Of a DNA stretch of 31,778 nt, positions 8,108 through 18,270 are shown piece by piece (the stretch's first letter is position 1; each line of letters starts with the position of its first letter). Under the pieces are notes generated by a model. It saw only the letters and a list, made by a program, of their open reading frames with translations. It was not told where the DNA came from and did no database searches. This DNA comes from an uncultured Gammaproteobacteria bacterium (lineage in GTDB: Bacteria > Pseudomonadota > Gammaproteobacteria > GCA-002705445 > GCA-002716945): the NCBI GenBank assembly GCA_913046125.1, contig CAJWRL010000001.1:1-31778 (forward strand), given 5' to 3'. A program made the position numbers and the translations under genes.

Positions 8108-8977
8108 ATGTACAAAATGAACAAAAACTTAACAAATAGAGCGATTGCTAAAGAGGTTGCAATAGACCTAGAGTCTTCTGATGCCTTAAATTATTATCTC
8201 GCGCAGCTCAGGGAAACACCGCTACTATCCAAAGAGCAAGAAGAAGAATTATTCTTTAGACTTCAGAATGCAGATGATATGGATGCCGCTAAAAAACTTG
8301 TTATGTCGCATCTCAGATTTGTTGTACACATTGCAAAAACCTATAAAGGATATGGTTTGCCATTACTGGATATTATTCAGGAGGGAAATGTTGGTTTAAT
8401 GAAGGCAGTGAAAAAATTTGATCCAAGTAAGAAAGTCAGATTATTATCATTTGCTATCTATTGGATAAGAGCTGAGATTCATGAATTTGTATTGAAAAAT
8501 TGGAGAATAGTCAAAGTTGCGACAACAAAAGCTCAGAGAAAACTATTCTTTAAATTAAGAAGTAAAAAAACCTCGTCAAACTGGTTATCGGAGCAAGAGA
8601 CACATGACATTGCTTCTGAATTAAATGTTGACAGTAAAACTGTTAAATTAATGGAAAACCGTCTCAGTGGAACAGATGTTGCATTTGATCCAGTTGAAGA
8701 AGACGACAATTCACCATCTGGGTATTTAACACAAAATACAAACCCTTTAACAATTTTAGAAGCTCAAGACTCTGAAGATGATAATACAAAAAAACTGATC
8801 TCTGCACTTAGCAAATTGGATGAAAGAAGTCGTGACATTATCTCACAACGATTTCTATCTGAACAGAAACCAACTTTAGACGAACTTTCAAAAAAATATA
8901 AAGTATCAAAAGAAAGAATTCGCCAAATTGAAGAGAAGTCTCTCAACATTCTCAAAGATTCAATACTTCTAGCATAA
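8108..8977 (+). CDS. rpoH: RNA polymerase sigma-32 factor (start may be 8117)
   Basis: SHLRFVVHIAK.Y.GYGLP..D.IQEGNVGLMKAVKKFDP and an RpoH box in KVATTKAQRKLFFKLR; region 4 VSKERIRQIE. Confidence 0.97.
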   Translation: MYKMNKNLTNRAIAKEVAIDLESSDALNYYLAQLRETPLLSKEQEEELFFRLQNADDMDAAKKLVMSHLRFVVHIAKTYKGYGLPLLDIIQEGNVGLMKAVKKFDPSKKVRLLSFAIYWIRAEIHEFVLKNWRIVKVATTKAQRKLFFKLRSKKTSSNWLSEQETHDIASELNVDSKTVKLMENRLSGTDVAFDPVEEDDNSPSGYLTQNTNPLTILEAQDSEDDNTKKLISALSKLDERSRDIISQRFLSEQKPTLDELSKKYKVSKERIRQIEEKSLNILKDSILLA

Positions 8978-8979
8978 AA

Positions 8980-9870
8980 CTAGAGCATCAAAATATAGTG
9001 ATCGGCTAATAAAGCTGCAAACAACATTGCCAGGTAAGTGATAGAAAACTTAAATAGCAACAGAGCCTTTCTGATGTTCTTAGTTATATAAAGATCATAT
9101 GAATCGTATATGAACTTTCCACCGAGCAGGATAACTGATGCTAAGTAAATATAAGATACGAGTCCAAGTAAATATGGAAACAAAGTAATACAAAACAATA
9201 GAATTGAATAAAGAAAAATATGCAGTCTTGTAAAATCATCACCATGAGTGACTGGTAACATAGGGATATTCGCTTTGCTATAATCATCTTTTTTATAGAC
9301 TGCTAACGCCCAGAAATGTGGAGGTGTCCATAAAAATATAATGAGAAATAATAGTAGAGGAAGTTCACTAACTCCATTAGTAATAGCCGTCCATCCGAGT
9401 AGAGGTGGCATAGCTCCAGCTATACCTCCAATTACAATATTTTGCGAGGTCAGATTTTTTAAATACACAGAATAGATTATTGAATAAACTATTATTGAAA
9501 ATAAAGTCAATACAGTGGTGATTGTGTTTACGTATTCATAAAGAATGTAAGTAGAAATAAGAGATATAACTATTGAAAAATAGATGGCATGCTTCGAAGT
9601 AACATTTCCTTTGATAAGCGGTCTACTTTTGGTCCTATCCATTATGGCGTCAATCTTCTGGTCCACTATTTGGTTTATCACTGCTGCTGCTGATGCAGCA
9701 AGATAGATTCCTATACTAGCGTAGATCATGAGACTGTAGTTCAAGTTAAAATCTTGAGCTAGAAGCATACCGACAATGGCTGTGAAGATAATAAGAAAAT
9801 TTACCCTCGGTTTGGTCAGAGCAATCAGGTCAAATATAATTGGATTAGGTGTTGATGTAGTGCTGTTCAT
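8980..9870 (-). CDS. cyoE: Protoheme IX farnesyltransferase (heme O synthase)
   Basis: LTKPRV, NQIVDQKIDAIMDRTKSRPL, NIVIGGIAGAMPPLLGW, FLWTPPHFWALA. Confidence 0.96.
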   Translation of the reverse strand: MNSTTSTPNPIIFDLIALTKPRVNFLIIFTAIVGMLLAQDFNLNYSLMIYASIGIYLAASAAAVINQIVDQKIDAIMDRTKSRPLIKGNVTSKHAIYFSIVISLISTYILYEYVNTITTVLTLFSIIVYSIIYSVYLKNLTSQNIVIGGIAGAMPPLLGWTAITNGVSELPLLLFLIIFLWTPPHFWALAVYKKDDYSKANIPMLPVTHGDDFTRLHIFLYSILLFCITLFPYLLGLVSYIYLASVILLGGKFIYDSYDLYITKNIRKALLLFKFSITYLAMLFAALLADHYILML

Positions 9871-9873
9871 TTA

Positions 9874-10875
9874 CTATGTTTTAGTAAATGATATCAAAGA
9901 ATAATACAAAGCGCCCGAGATTAATGCCATTAAAATAGCTGCATTCATAGTATGCCAGACAGCAATATTTAGCGGAAGGCTATACACCACATTAGATATG
10001 CCCAAAGCTACTTGAAGCACAAAAAAGATTATACTTGCGCCTATGACTTTCTTTAAGAAACTATGCTCTTCAAGTTTAAAAATTATATATATAGTTAATA
10101 GGAAGAACAGGGTCAATATCAATGCCGTAATTCTATGAACATAATGAACAGCTACTTTAGCGCCATAAGCTAAAAAACCTCCCTCATAATTTATATCAGG
10201 TAGGTTTATTAAATTAAACGCCCCGTCAAAAACCATTTCTTTTGGATACCACTGGTCGAGACATTTTGGAAAGTCAGTACATGCCAGTGAGGCATAATTC
10301 GTGCTTGTCCATCCACCTAGCAGAATTTGTACGATCAACAGAGACCATGTAACAAACACCATCACAAGTGCATATTTAGGTAGTTTATTTTGTGAAATAT
10401 CTATCTCGGCATACTTGAGACCATTAATGAAAAGTAATGTTGCTGTTAACATTCCAAAAAATAGATGGGTTGTAACTATAGTTGGTTTGACTAGCATTGT
10501 TACAGTAAGCATTCCCATTATTGCCTGAATTATTATTAGTACTGATATCAGTACTGGAAGTATGTAGTTTTGTTTTGAGTATTTAATTGATACGTAAGTG
10601 ATGAAAAAAACATATAAACCAAGAATACCTGCAACATATCTGTGTAACATTTCTCTCCATGCTTTTCCTATGTCAATATTAGCACCAGGATAATTCTCTC
10701 TAGCTTTCGCAAGTTCATCAACTGTATCAGGCGTAGTCAAAAGACCATAGCAGCCTGGCCAATCTGGACATCCAAGTCCTGCATCAGTTAGTCTTACCCA
10801 AGCCCCAAGCGATATCACGAAAAGTGTAAAGGCTGCCCCTAGAAAACTTAATTTCGATATCATTGAATTATCCAT
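9874..10875 (-). CDS. ctaA: Heme A synthase (COX15/CtaA)
   Basis: LGAWVRLTDAGLGCPDWPGCYG, EMLHRY, second Cys pair ACTDFPKC, VHYVHR, WHTMNA. Confidence 0.95.
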   Translation of the reverse strand: MDNSMISKLSFLGAAFTLFVISLGAWVRLTDAGLGCPDWPGCYGLLTTPDTVDELAKARENYPGANIDIGKAWREMLHRYVAGILGLYVFFITYVSIKYSKQNYILPVLISVLIIIQAIMGMLTVTMLVKPTIVTTHLFFGMLTATLLFINGLKYAEIDISQNKLPKYALVMVFVTWSLLIVQILLGGWTSTNYASLACTDFPKCLDQWYPKEMVFDGAFNLINLPDINYEGGFLAYGAKVAVHYVHRITALILTLFFLLTIYIIFKLEEHSFLKKVIGASIIFFVLQVALGISNVVYSLPLNIAVWHTMNAAILMALISGALYYSLISFTKT

Positions 10876-10878
10876 AAT

Positions 10879-11385
10879 CTACCTCTTTGAGAATTTAAGT
10901 AACTTCTTGATGTCCTTAAGCAAACCTTTTGCAATAAAATCATTTTCGTAGCCTAGTATGATTTTACCAAAAGGATCAGCAATAAAAATTCTCTCATCCA
11001 TTTTAGTGAGTTTATTATAGAGGGTTTCTGATCTATCTAAAAGAATAACTTTTGGATAGTTATCTAAATTAACTGTATTCTCATTAGTGTTTTTATGAAG
11101 TAGATACCGTTTTACTCTACCCATATCTTTACCAAGAGCTGTGTTGATCTGTCTTAACATATGCATGTTGTCCTGGCAGCTTGTATCGCACTTACCATCA
11201 ATCACTTGAAGAATAATCCAATGATCATTATCAGCCAAGCTAGTTATATTTATCTCATCAACTAAAAAAGATCCATGATTAGTCGTACCTCTAGTGCTAG
11301 TCGCGTCATTATCGAAGAAGTATTTTGCAAATATAAAGGGAAGGACAAATACAAATACTATCAATAGAAACTTAAGTTTTGACAT
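10879..11385 (-). CDS. Conserved cox-cluster protein with an N-terminal TM and an SCO-like CxxxC motif
   Basis: One N-terminal TM, TTNHG, CDTSC..MHMLRQINTALGKDMGRV, FIADPFG; sits between SURF1 and ctaA as in other gammaproteobacterial cox loci. Confidence 0.75.
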   Translation of the reverse strand: MSKLKFLLIVFVFVLPFIFAKYFFDNDATSTRGTTNHGSFLVDEINITSLADNDHWIILQVIDGKCDTSCQDNMHMLRQINTALGKDMGRVKRYLLHKNTNENTVNLDNYPKVILLDRSETLYNKLTKMDERIFIADPFGKIILGYENDFIAKGLLKDIKKLLKFSKR

Positions 11386-12052
11386 TTTTTTTCCTGTTCA
11401 AAAGTATTAAAAAAATAATGCCAATTAAAGCAAACAAAAACCATTGGCCTGCATACATGTAATGTGTGAGATATTTATTTTCAGTCTTCTCTTTTATATG
11501 TATGTATGAATGATTGCTGTTTATCTCCAAGTTTAAATAAAATGGATAGATTTCTTTTCTTAGAATTGAAGATATTTCATTAATACTTAGATTCTGTATT
11601 ATAAATGGTTTTTCATTAGTCATATTAACTCCGCTTAACTCCAGGAGTTTCATTGGATATTTTATGTATCCCTTTATTTGTTGTTCAGATTCAGGAGTAA
11701 GAATCTCTGGAAATTTTTGTCGTGAAAAGTTGTCAACCCAGCCTCTATTTACAATAATGATCTTATCCTCAACCAGAAATGGTGACATCACAAGATATCC
11801 GGCTTTTTTATTATGAACAATATTATCAAGAAGAAAATATGGTTCTAGAAAAGTCCCTTTAGCCATAATTTTAGTGTATCTTAAAGGATTTTTTTGCACT
11901 TCTTTTAGATCTAAATATTCTTTTGATAATTGATTTTGATAATCAGTTTGAATACTGAGTTTTTGATCTGCTCGATCTAACTGCCAAAAACCTAAGTACA
12001 CACAAGTCAAAATTAGAAAAAATAGGATCAAGTTTTTAAGTATATTTTTCAT
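11372..12052 (-). CDS. surf1: SURF1-family cytochrome oxidase assembly protein
   Basis: LGFWQLDRA, LLDN, VNRGWV, H..YAGQWFLFA. Confidence 0.92.
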   Translation of the reverse strand: MKNILKNLILFFLILTCVYLGFWQLDRADQKLSIQTDYQNQLSKEYLDLKEVQKNPLRYTKIMAKGTFLEPYFLLDNIVHNKKAGYLVMSPFLVEDKIIIVNRGWVDNFSRQKFPEILTPESEQQIKGYIKYPMKLLELSGVNMTNEKPFIIQNLSINEISSILRKEIYPFYLNLEINSNHSYIHIKEKTENKYLTHYMYAGQWFLFALIGIIFLILLNRKKNVKT

Positions 12053-12057
12053 TCTAG

Positions 12058-12066
12058 TGATAACAT
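12058..12066 (+). promoter_or_regulatory. Extended -10 promoter 6 nt upstream of the small TM gene ATG (leaderless-type)
   Basis: TG-A-TAACAT-gtttct-ATG (12073); no SD. Confidence 0.5.
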
Positions 12067-12072
12067 GTTTCT

Positions 12073-12273
12073 ATGTTTAAATTCGCGATTATAACTCTTC
12101 TAATCCTAATAATATATAATCTTGTTATGGGCTTTGTATACATTCTAAAAGATAAATCAAGCTCTAACAGAGGACTTGCTTCACTGAAAACAAGAATAGT
12201 TTTGTCTGTATTACTCTTTGCATTGTTAATAGTAGGATATTATATGGATATGATTAAACCGAATAATTTTTGA
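12073..12273 (+). CDS. Twin-transmembrane small protein (DUF2909-like) of cox clusters
   Basis: Two hydrophobic helices around SL..RI.LS; antiparallel position between coxC and SURF1, as is typical. Confidence 0.8.
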   Translation: MFKFAIITLLILIIYNLVMGFVYILKDKSSSNRGLASLKTRIVLSVLLFALLIVGYYMDMIKPNNF

Positions 12274-12279
12274 TATCAA

Positions 12280-13137
12280 TCAAAGCCAGTAGACAAACAC
12301 AAATAAACCAAGCCAAACAACATCGACAAAATGCCAATACCAGGCAACGGCTTCAAATCCAAAATGATTCTCATTACTAAAATGTCCTCGAATACATCTG
12401 AATAAAATAACAGTCAACATTATTGCACCGAGTGTGACATGGAAACCATGAAATCCGGTTAACATATAAAATGTCGAGCCATAAATCCCTGATGACATTT
12501 TTAAATTAAGATCATTATAAGCATGAGAATATTCATAGGCTTGAAAACCTACAAATATAAAACCTAAAAGAACAGTCGCGATTAATCCTAGGATAAGCTG
12601 ATTTCTTTTGCCCTCTTTGAGACCGTGGTGAGCCCATGTGACTGTCAAACCACTAATGAGTAAAATAATTGTATTGAGCGCTGGTATACCTGCTGCTTTC
12701 ATTACCACAAAATCACCACCATAATTGGCAGGACCATTGGAAGGCCACACATTTTCGAACGAAGGCCATAACTCCTGATTGGTACTCACTCCAGAACCAT
12801 CACCTGCTAACCATGGCAATGATAGCTCTCTTGCATAGTAAAGGGCCCCAAAAAATGCTGCAAAAAACATAACCTCAGAGAAAATAAACCATGCCATACC
12901 CCACCTAAATGACATATCTACTTGATCATCATATAATCCACTTTCACTCTCCCTGACAACATAAGAAAACCAACCATATACAACTATCAACAATAGACCC
13001 AGACCTGTTAATGTAAGTGTCAGTGTGGACTCATCGTTCATATAATTGGCAAGGCCAATGAACATAATCATCAATGCTATAGTTGCTAAAAATGGCCACT
13101 TGGTTTCGTGAGGAACGTAATACGATGAGCCACTCAC
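12280..13137 (-). CDS. coxC: Cytochrome c oxidase subunit III
   Basis: GMAWFIFSEVMFF, LNTIILLISG.TVTWAHH, FYMLTGFHGFHV, WYWHFVDVVWL; GTG start overlapping the ctaG stop. Confidence 0.97.
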   Translation of the reverse strand: MSGSSYYVPHETKWPFLATIALMIMFIGLANYMNDESTLTLTLTGLGLLLIVVYGWFSYVVRESESGLYDDQVDMSFRWGMAWFIFSEVMFFAAFFGALYYARELSLPWLAGDGSGVSTNQELWPSFENVWPSNGPANYGGDFVVMKAAGIPALNTIILLISGLTVTWAHHGLKEGKRNQLILGLIATVLLGFIFVGFQAYEYSHAYNDLNLKMSSGIYGSTFYMLTGFHGFHVTLGAIMLTVILFRCIRGHFSNENHFGFEAVAWYWHFVDVVWLGLFVFVYWL

Positions 13138-13670
13138 AATTTATCTGCCTCTACTACTTTATTAGTAATATCAAACATAGTGTACGAAAGCACTATATCA
13201 CCTATATTGGTCGGAAGATCGTTATCTACTACAAATTGAATCCCTAAATCTTTAACCTCACCAGAATCAATTGTTTGTTGATTGAAACAGAAACATTCTA
13301 TTTTTTTAAAATATTCTGCAAACTTACCTGGGGTTACACTTGGGCTAGCCGTGGTATGTAATTGTTTAGTTGAGTTATTCTTCATGACATAGTGAGTATT
13401 ATAAGGTTTTCCAACTTGAACAGTCATTTCTGTTACCGCTGGCTCAAAATATAGTGGTGCTGAATTTGCGACGTTTGAGATAAATTTAATTTTTATAAAT
13501 CTATTTTCTTTTTCAATATCACTACCTGTGTATGCAACCTCATTTGTTTTACCATTCAAACCAGTTATTTCGCAAAATGTATCGTAGATAGGCACTAGTG
13601 CGTAAGAAAAACCATACATAGCCACAACTACGAGCGAGAGTTTTGTAATAGTTGATTTAACGCTTTTCAT
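13134..13670 (-). CDS. ctaG: Cytochrome c oxidase assembly protein CtaG/Cox11
   Basis: ALVPIYDTFCEITGLNG and YFKKIECFCF copper motif. Confidence 0.96.
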   Translation of the reverse strand: MKSVKSTITKLSLVVVAMYGFSYALVPIYDTFCEITGLNGKTNEVAYTGSDIEKENRFIKIKFISNVANSAPLYFEPAVTEMTVQVGKPYNTHYVMKNNSTKQLHTTASPSVTPGKFAEYFKKIECFCFNQQTIDSGEVKDLGIQFVVDNDLPTNIGDIVLSYTMFDITNKVVEADKL

Positions 13671-15247
13671 TAGTCAACCTTAGGTGGTGTATCAAATGAA
13701 TGATATGGTGCTGGAGAAGGTAAAGTCCATTCTAATCCCTCAGCGCCTTCCCAAGACTTATCAGCTGCTGTTACAGGCTGTCTAAGCGTTTGAAATAGTA
13801 TGTACACGAAAAGAAGTTGTGATAATCCAAAGCCAAATGCACCAATAGATGCAATCATATTGAAGTCTGTAAACTGAACAGCGTAATCAGGAATTCTTCT
13901 CGGCATACCAGCTAATCCAACGAAGTGCATAGGGAAAAAGGTAATGTTTACAAATACTGTTGTCATCCAAAAATGAACTTTCCCGAGTGTTTCGTTGTAC
14001 ATTTTCCCCGTCCATTTAGGAAGCCAGTAATATACTGCTGCTATAACAGCAAATATTGCACCAGGAACGAGAACGTAGTGGAAATGTGCTACTACAAAGT
14101 ATGTGTCGTGATACTGGAAATCCGCTGGAGTTATTGCAAGCATCAACCCAGAGAAGCCTCCAATAGTGAATAGAATAATGAAAGCTAGTGAAAATAACAT
14201 GGGTGTCTCAAAAGTCATTGACCCTCTCCACATCGTTGCGACCCAGTTAAAAACCTTTACGCCTGTAGGTACAGCTATCAGCATCGTTGTGAACATAAAA
14301 AATATTTCACCGGCAAGTGGCATTCCCACTGTGAACATGTGGTGTGCCCAAACAATAAATGATAGTAAAGCGATTGAAGCAGTCGCATATACCATAGAGT
14401 CGTATCCAAATAGTTTTTTTCTAGAGAATGCAGGAATTATAGTCGATATAATACCGAATGCAGGAAGTATTAAAATGTAAACTTCAGGATGACCAAAGAA
14501 CCAGAATATATGCTGGAATAAAACAGGGTCTCCACCACCGGCAGCTGTGAAGAAACTAGTTCCATAAAATCTGTCCGTCAATAACATGGTAATGGCACCA
14601 GCTAGTACGGGCATAGCGGCAATAAGTAGAAATGCGGTTATAAGCCATGTCCATACAAAGATTGGCATCTTCATTAGAGTCATGCCAGGCGCTCTCATAT
14701 TAAGAATTGTAGCTATGACATTTATAGCACCGAGAATTGATGAGGCTCCTAATAAATGAAGCGAAAATATTACAAATGGCATAGAATTTCCGCCCTGTAA
14801 TGACAATGGGGGATATAATGTCCAACCCGCTGCTGGTCCACCACTCTCAAAAAATAAGGTGCTCAGTAGCATTGTAAAAGCGAAAGGTAATATCCAAAAA
14901 CTCCAGTTATTGAGTCTTGGAAGTGCCATATCAGGGGCGCCAATCATCATCGGAAGTTGCCAATTAGCTAGCCCTACAAAAGCAGGCATAAGTGCACCGA
15001 AAATCATAATAAGAGCGTGCATTGTGGTCATTTGATTGAAAAAGCCAGGAACTACAAGCTGAAGACCCGGTTGAAATAATTCTGCACGAATAATTAGCGC
15101 CATAAATCCACCAATAAAAAACATAAGTAAACTGAACCATAGATATAGGGATCCTATGTCTTTATGATTTGTGGTCGTAATCCACCTCATCAAACCAGAT
15201 GGCTGATGATGATGTTCCTCTTTGATGTGATCGATATTTGTACTCAT
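13670..15247 (-). CDS. coxA: Cytochrome c oxidase subunit I (aa3, A1 type)
   Basis: GHPEVY (A1-type Glu), WAHHMF, VAHFHYV, D-channel DMALPRLNN and K-channel PTGVKVF; SD AAGGA. Confidence 0.99.
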   Translation of the reverse strand: MSTNIDHIKEEHHHQPSGLMRWITTTNHKDIGSLYLWFSLLMFFIGGFMALIIRAELFQPGLQLVVPGFFNQMTTMHALIMIFGALMPAFVGLANWQLPMMIGAPDMALPRLNNWSFWILPFAFTMLLSTLFFESGGPAAGWTLYPPLSLQGGNSMPFVIFSLHLLGASSILGAINVIATILNMRAPGMTLMKMPIFVWTWLITAFLLIAAMPVLAGAITMLLTDRFYGTSFFTAAGGGDPVLFQHIFWFFGHPEVYILILPAFGIISTIIPAFSRKKLFGYDSMVYATASIALLSFIVWAHHMFTVGMPLAGEIFFMFTTMLIAVPTGVKVFNWVATMWRGSMTFETPMLFSLAFIILFTIGGFSGLMLAITPADFQYHDTYFVVAHFHYVLVPGAIFAVIAAVYYWLPKWTGKMYNETLGKVHFWMTTVFVNITFFPMHFVGLAGMPRRIPDYAVQFTDFNMIASIGAFGFGLSQLLFVYILFQTLRQPVTAADKSWEGAEGLEWTLPSPAPYHSFDTPPKVD

Positions 15248-15257
15248 ATTAATTTCC

Positions 15258-16064
15258 TTATTCTGATTTGTCTGCTACTCGGTTCTTTTGGTTTAATGAA
15301 ACCCATTTTACATACTCTTGTTTAGGGACTGCACGAACAACTATTGGCATGAATCCATGATCCTTACCGCATAATTCCGTACACTGACCTCGGTAAACAC
15401 CAGGCTTTTTAATATCTACCCATAATTCATTGATATATCCTGGAATAGCATCTTTCTTTCCAGTGATTTCTGGAACCCACCAAGCATGAATCACATCACT
15501 TGCGGTCAATAGTATTCTGACTTTAGTGTCTGTTGGAAGAACAACTTCATTGTCAACATTAAGAAGATAGTTATCAACTTTTTTAACATCTATCTTAGAA
15601 CCAAGTTGTCTCGCTTCGTTACTTTTATTATCAAGCTTACTGAAAAATGAGACATTATCTTCAACATAATCATATTTCCACATCCATTGATAGCCAGTTA
15701 CTTTGAGTGTTATCTCGGAGTCTCTTGTATCTTCCATCATTATAAGTGTTTTTGTGGCAGGTACAGCCATGCCAACTAAGATTACAAATGGTATTACTGT
15801 CCATATAACTTCGACCGTAGTGCTCTCATGAAACGAAGCTGGTTTAGCTCCTTTAGACTTTCTGTGATGAAATATTGAATAGAACATTACCCCAAATACG
15901 ATTACACCTATCACAACAGTAATATAAAAAATTAACATATGCAGGTCATAGGCAGCGTTGGCGGTAGGTGAGACACCTCTTGGCATATTGACCTCCCAAT
16001 CCGCGAAGCTTGAGATAGAAGCCAACGATGCGATTATTAATGCTGATAGTCTATTCATTTTCAT
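15258..16064 (-). CDS. coxB: Cytochrome c oxidase subunit II (start probably 16058)
   Basis: CuA ligands DVIHAWW and [15 protein letters not shown]; no fused cytochrome c. SD AGGGA is correctly spaced for the second ATG (16058). Confidence 0.98.
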   Translation of the reverse strand: MKMNRLSALIIASLASISSFADWEVNMPRGVSPTANAAYDLHMLIFYITVVIGVIVFGVMFYSIFHHRKSKGAKPASFHESTTVEVIWTVIPFVILVGMAVPATKTLIMMEDTRDSEITLKVTGYQWMWKYDYVEDNVSFFSKLDNKSNEARQLGSKIDVKKVDNYLLNVDNEVVLPTDTKVRILLTASDVIHAWWVPEITGKKDAIPGYINELWVDIKKPGVYRGQCTELCGKDHGFMPIVVRAVPKQEYVKWVSLNQKNRVADKSE

Positions 16065-16113
16065 TCCCTAAAATATGGTTATTATTCCTTTAATAACATC
16101 CTTTTCGAGTTCA

Positions 16114-16122
16114 ATAATAGCA
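16114..16122 (-). promoter_or_regulatory. Extended -10 promoter for the cox operon
   Basis: Minus strand TG-C-TATTAT, about 50 nt upstream of coxB. Confidence 0.5.
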
Positions 16123-16153
16123 AAATATTAGTACTTATGGAATTTCTAATTTA

Positions 16154-16957
16154 CTATTTTTTTATCTCTTTGATCTTTATAAATTTACCTGATTTATCAA
16201 GGGTTTTGGCAGGTTTCAGAGCATAGCCAAAAATTATATCATAAGTTAATTCAAATGAATTTGATGCGTCATTATATAAGCATGATTTTATGATGTTGTA
16301 TTCAGCTTTAGTAATATGTGCCCTGTTTGTGGAATCCGTGATATTAGTGCCAGTTAAACGAATTGAATCAAGCAGCTGGCTAAATTTGGAAAACTCAATA
16401 GTGATTTGCTCATTATCCATAACAGGATCTCTAAAGTCAGACTGAAGTAAGAAATCGCCATAGTGATGCATATCTAAATATTCATTAAACCTAAGTTTTT
16501 CATAAATATCAGGTGGACATTTTTTAAATTCTTTGAATGTATCTGGTCCAGCAACTGAAAATAAGAGTAAACCATTAGGGGTAAGTAAATTTGAAAATTT
16601 ATCGAATAAATTAGGATCAATGTTACACCAATGAAGCGTGAGGCTTGATAAAAGCGTATCGAATGTTGAGAGCTGAAAAGGCGGATTCTCAGCATTGCCT
16701 ACAACACATTTTGCATTATCGTTTTTGATTTTATGAACAAGTGCCATCTCATATGATAAATCCATAGAGATGATATTTACATGTGGGTGTTTTTGTTGGA
16801 GATCCTGAGATAAATACCCTGTTCCTGAACCGATTTCTAAAACATTTAACTTATCATGCTTAATTAAATCTAGCCTACTAAGTAACCTGTTATTTACCTC
16901 CTTTTGTATGAATGAATGCTTATCATACGAACTAGCTTTATTTGAAAATGGATTCAT
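16154..16957 (-). CDS. bioC: Malonyl-ACP O-methyltransferase BioC
   Basis: F.NKASSYD...IQKEV..RL, SAM motif VLEIGSGTG, LTLHW, GPDTFKE, DMHHYGD.L....F.DPVMD. Confidence 0.85.
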   Translation of the reverse strand: MNPFSNKASSYDKHSFIQKEVNNRLLSRLDLIKHDKLNVLEIGSGTGYLSQDLQQKHPHVNIISMDLSYEMALVHKIKNDNAKCVVGNAENPPFQLSTFDTLLSSLTLHWCNIDPNLFDKFSNLLTPNGLLLFSVAGPDTFKEFKKCPPDIYEKLRFNEYLDMHHYGDFLLQSDFRDPVMDNEQITIEFSKFSQLLDSIRLTGTNITDSTNRAHITKAEYNIIKSCLYNDASNSFELTYDIIFGYALKPAKTLDKSGKFIKIKEIKK

Positions 16958-16965
16958 GATTTTTA

Positions 16966-17658
16966 TTATAATAGTTCAATAGTCTCACAGATCTCTTTGA
17001 AGTCAAAAAAAGGGTAATGTGGTGAATTTTTCAAAGTCACTATCTTCATCTTATGATGCTTGAGTGTACTCATAATCCTGGTATCACAAACTTCATCACT
17101 GTCCGACAACAAGATCATAAGATTTTCACTAAAATTAACTTTAAATTTTGATAAATCAAAGTTAGCCATCTCATCAAGCTCTGCAATCAAGGAATCTTTT
17201 TTGGGAATATAGTTACTGTAAAATAAATTTTTAAGTTTTATGAAGTTTTTCTTAGCAAGGTTGTTTCCTTTCACGCACTCAAATATAAATTTCTTTACAG
17301 TATTATCAAAATCTTCGACCAGATTATCTCTAAGTATAGTTATCGTCCTGGTTTTTGGTTTTAAAAAAGGATTAATAAGTATAATTGTAGCATCACACCT
17401 ATTTAGTTCACTAGACAAAAGTATTCTAGCAGCAGTATATGAATAAGCTATTATCGTGTCATCCTTTTTTGAAGACCCGAGGATAGAATCAATGACTTTG
17501 TGACTGTGTTCATGTGCACTTGATTTGTAATATCCAGGGAGAGATACCAATTCACTAGAGGAGACATTCGGAAAATGTCCCTGAATTTCTCTCCAAATAT
17601 ATGAGCCAAACAACCATCCATGAATAAATATTATTTTATTTAAATTCTGAATTAACAT
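16966..17658 (-). CDS. bioH: Divergent alpha/beta hydrolase, probable pimeloyl-ACP methyl ester esterase BioH
   Basis: IFIHGW, V.LPGY, candidate triad Ser (AYSYT), Asp (SDSDEV) and His (SPHYPF); directly upstream of bioC. Confidence 0.65.
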   Translation of the reverse strand: MLIQNLNKIIFIHGWLFGSYIWREIQGHFPNVSSSELVSLPGYYKSSAHEHSHKVIDSILGSSKKDDTIIAYSYTAARILLSSELNRCDATIILINPFLKPKTRTITILRDNLVEDFDNTVKKFIFECVKGNNLAKKNFIKLKNLFYSNYIPKKDSLIAELDEMANFDLSKFKVNFSENLMILLSDSDEVCDTRIMSTLKHHKMKIVTLKNSPHYPFFDFKEICETIELL

Positions 17659-17688
17659 TACAAATTAGAATAATACAAAACACTAGTG

Positions 17689-17694
17689 TATGCT
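17689..17694 (+). promoter_or_regulatory. -10 box 6 nt upstream of the plsY ATG (leaderless-type)
   Basis: TATGCT-ttataa-ATG (17701); no SD. Confidence 0.4.
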
Positions 17695-17700
17695 TTATAA

Positions 17701-18270
17701 ATGGGGTCTGATTCTGATATTTATTTTATTTTTTTACTTTTTTATATAATCGGCTCACTACCTTTCGCATTGATCGTTCATAACTTATTATCTACAAATG
17801 ATCCAAGAGAATTAGGATCAAAAAATCCTGGTGCGACAAATATGTATAGAGTTGCTGGACCTCTTGCTGGGGTATTGACGTTCACGGGTGATTTTCTCAA
17901 AGGTTTTATACCTATATATATGTTAGTGGACTTCGAACCGACAATCTTATATCTTGCAGCATTCTTCATTCTCGCAGGACATATGTTTTCCATATTCAAT
18001 CGATTCATCGGAGGCAAAGGTGTTGCCACCTCTTTTGGCTTCCTTTTAGCTATAAATTTAAAACTAGGATTGATCGTGATGTTAATGTGGGTTTTAGTTT
18101 TCGCATTAAAGAGAATTTCAGGTTTATCAGCAATTATAAGTTTTATATTATTGCCATTTATTGCTCTTTTTATCATTGATAATGGCGAATTTTTAATGTT
18201 ATCAATATTACACACTTTAATAATACTTATTAATCACAGAAATAATATAAAAGAGCTCTTACAAAGTTAA
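17701..18270 (+). CDS. plsY: Glycerol-3-phosphate acyltransferase PlsY
   Basis: DPRELGSKNPGATN, GHMFSIF..F.GGKGVAT, HRNNI; adjacent to tsaD. Confidence 0.96.
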   Translation: MGSDSDIYFIFLLFYIIGSLPFALIVHNLLSTNDPRELGSKNPGATNMYRVAGPLAGVLTFTGDFLKGFIPIYMLVDFEPTILYLAAFFILAGHMFSIFNRFIGGKGVATSFGFLLAINLKLGLIVMLMWVLVFALKRISGLSAIISFILLPFIALFIIDNGEFLMLSILHTLIILINHRNNIKELLQS

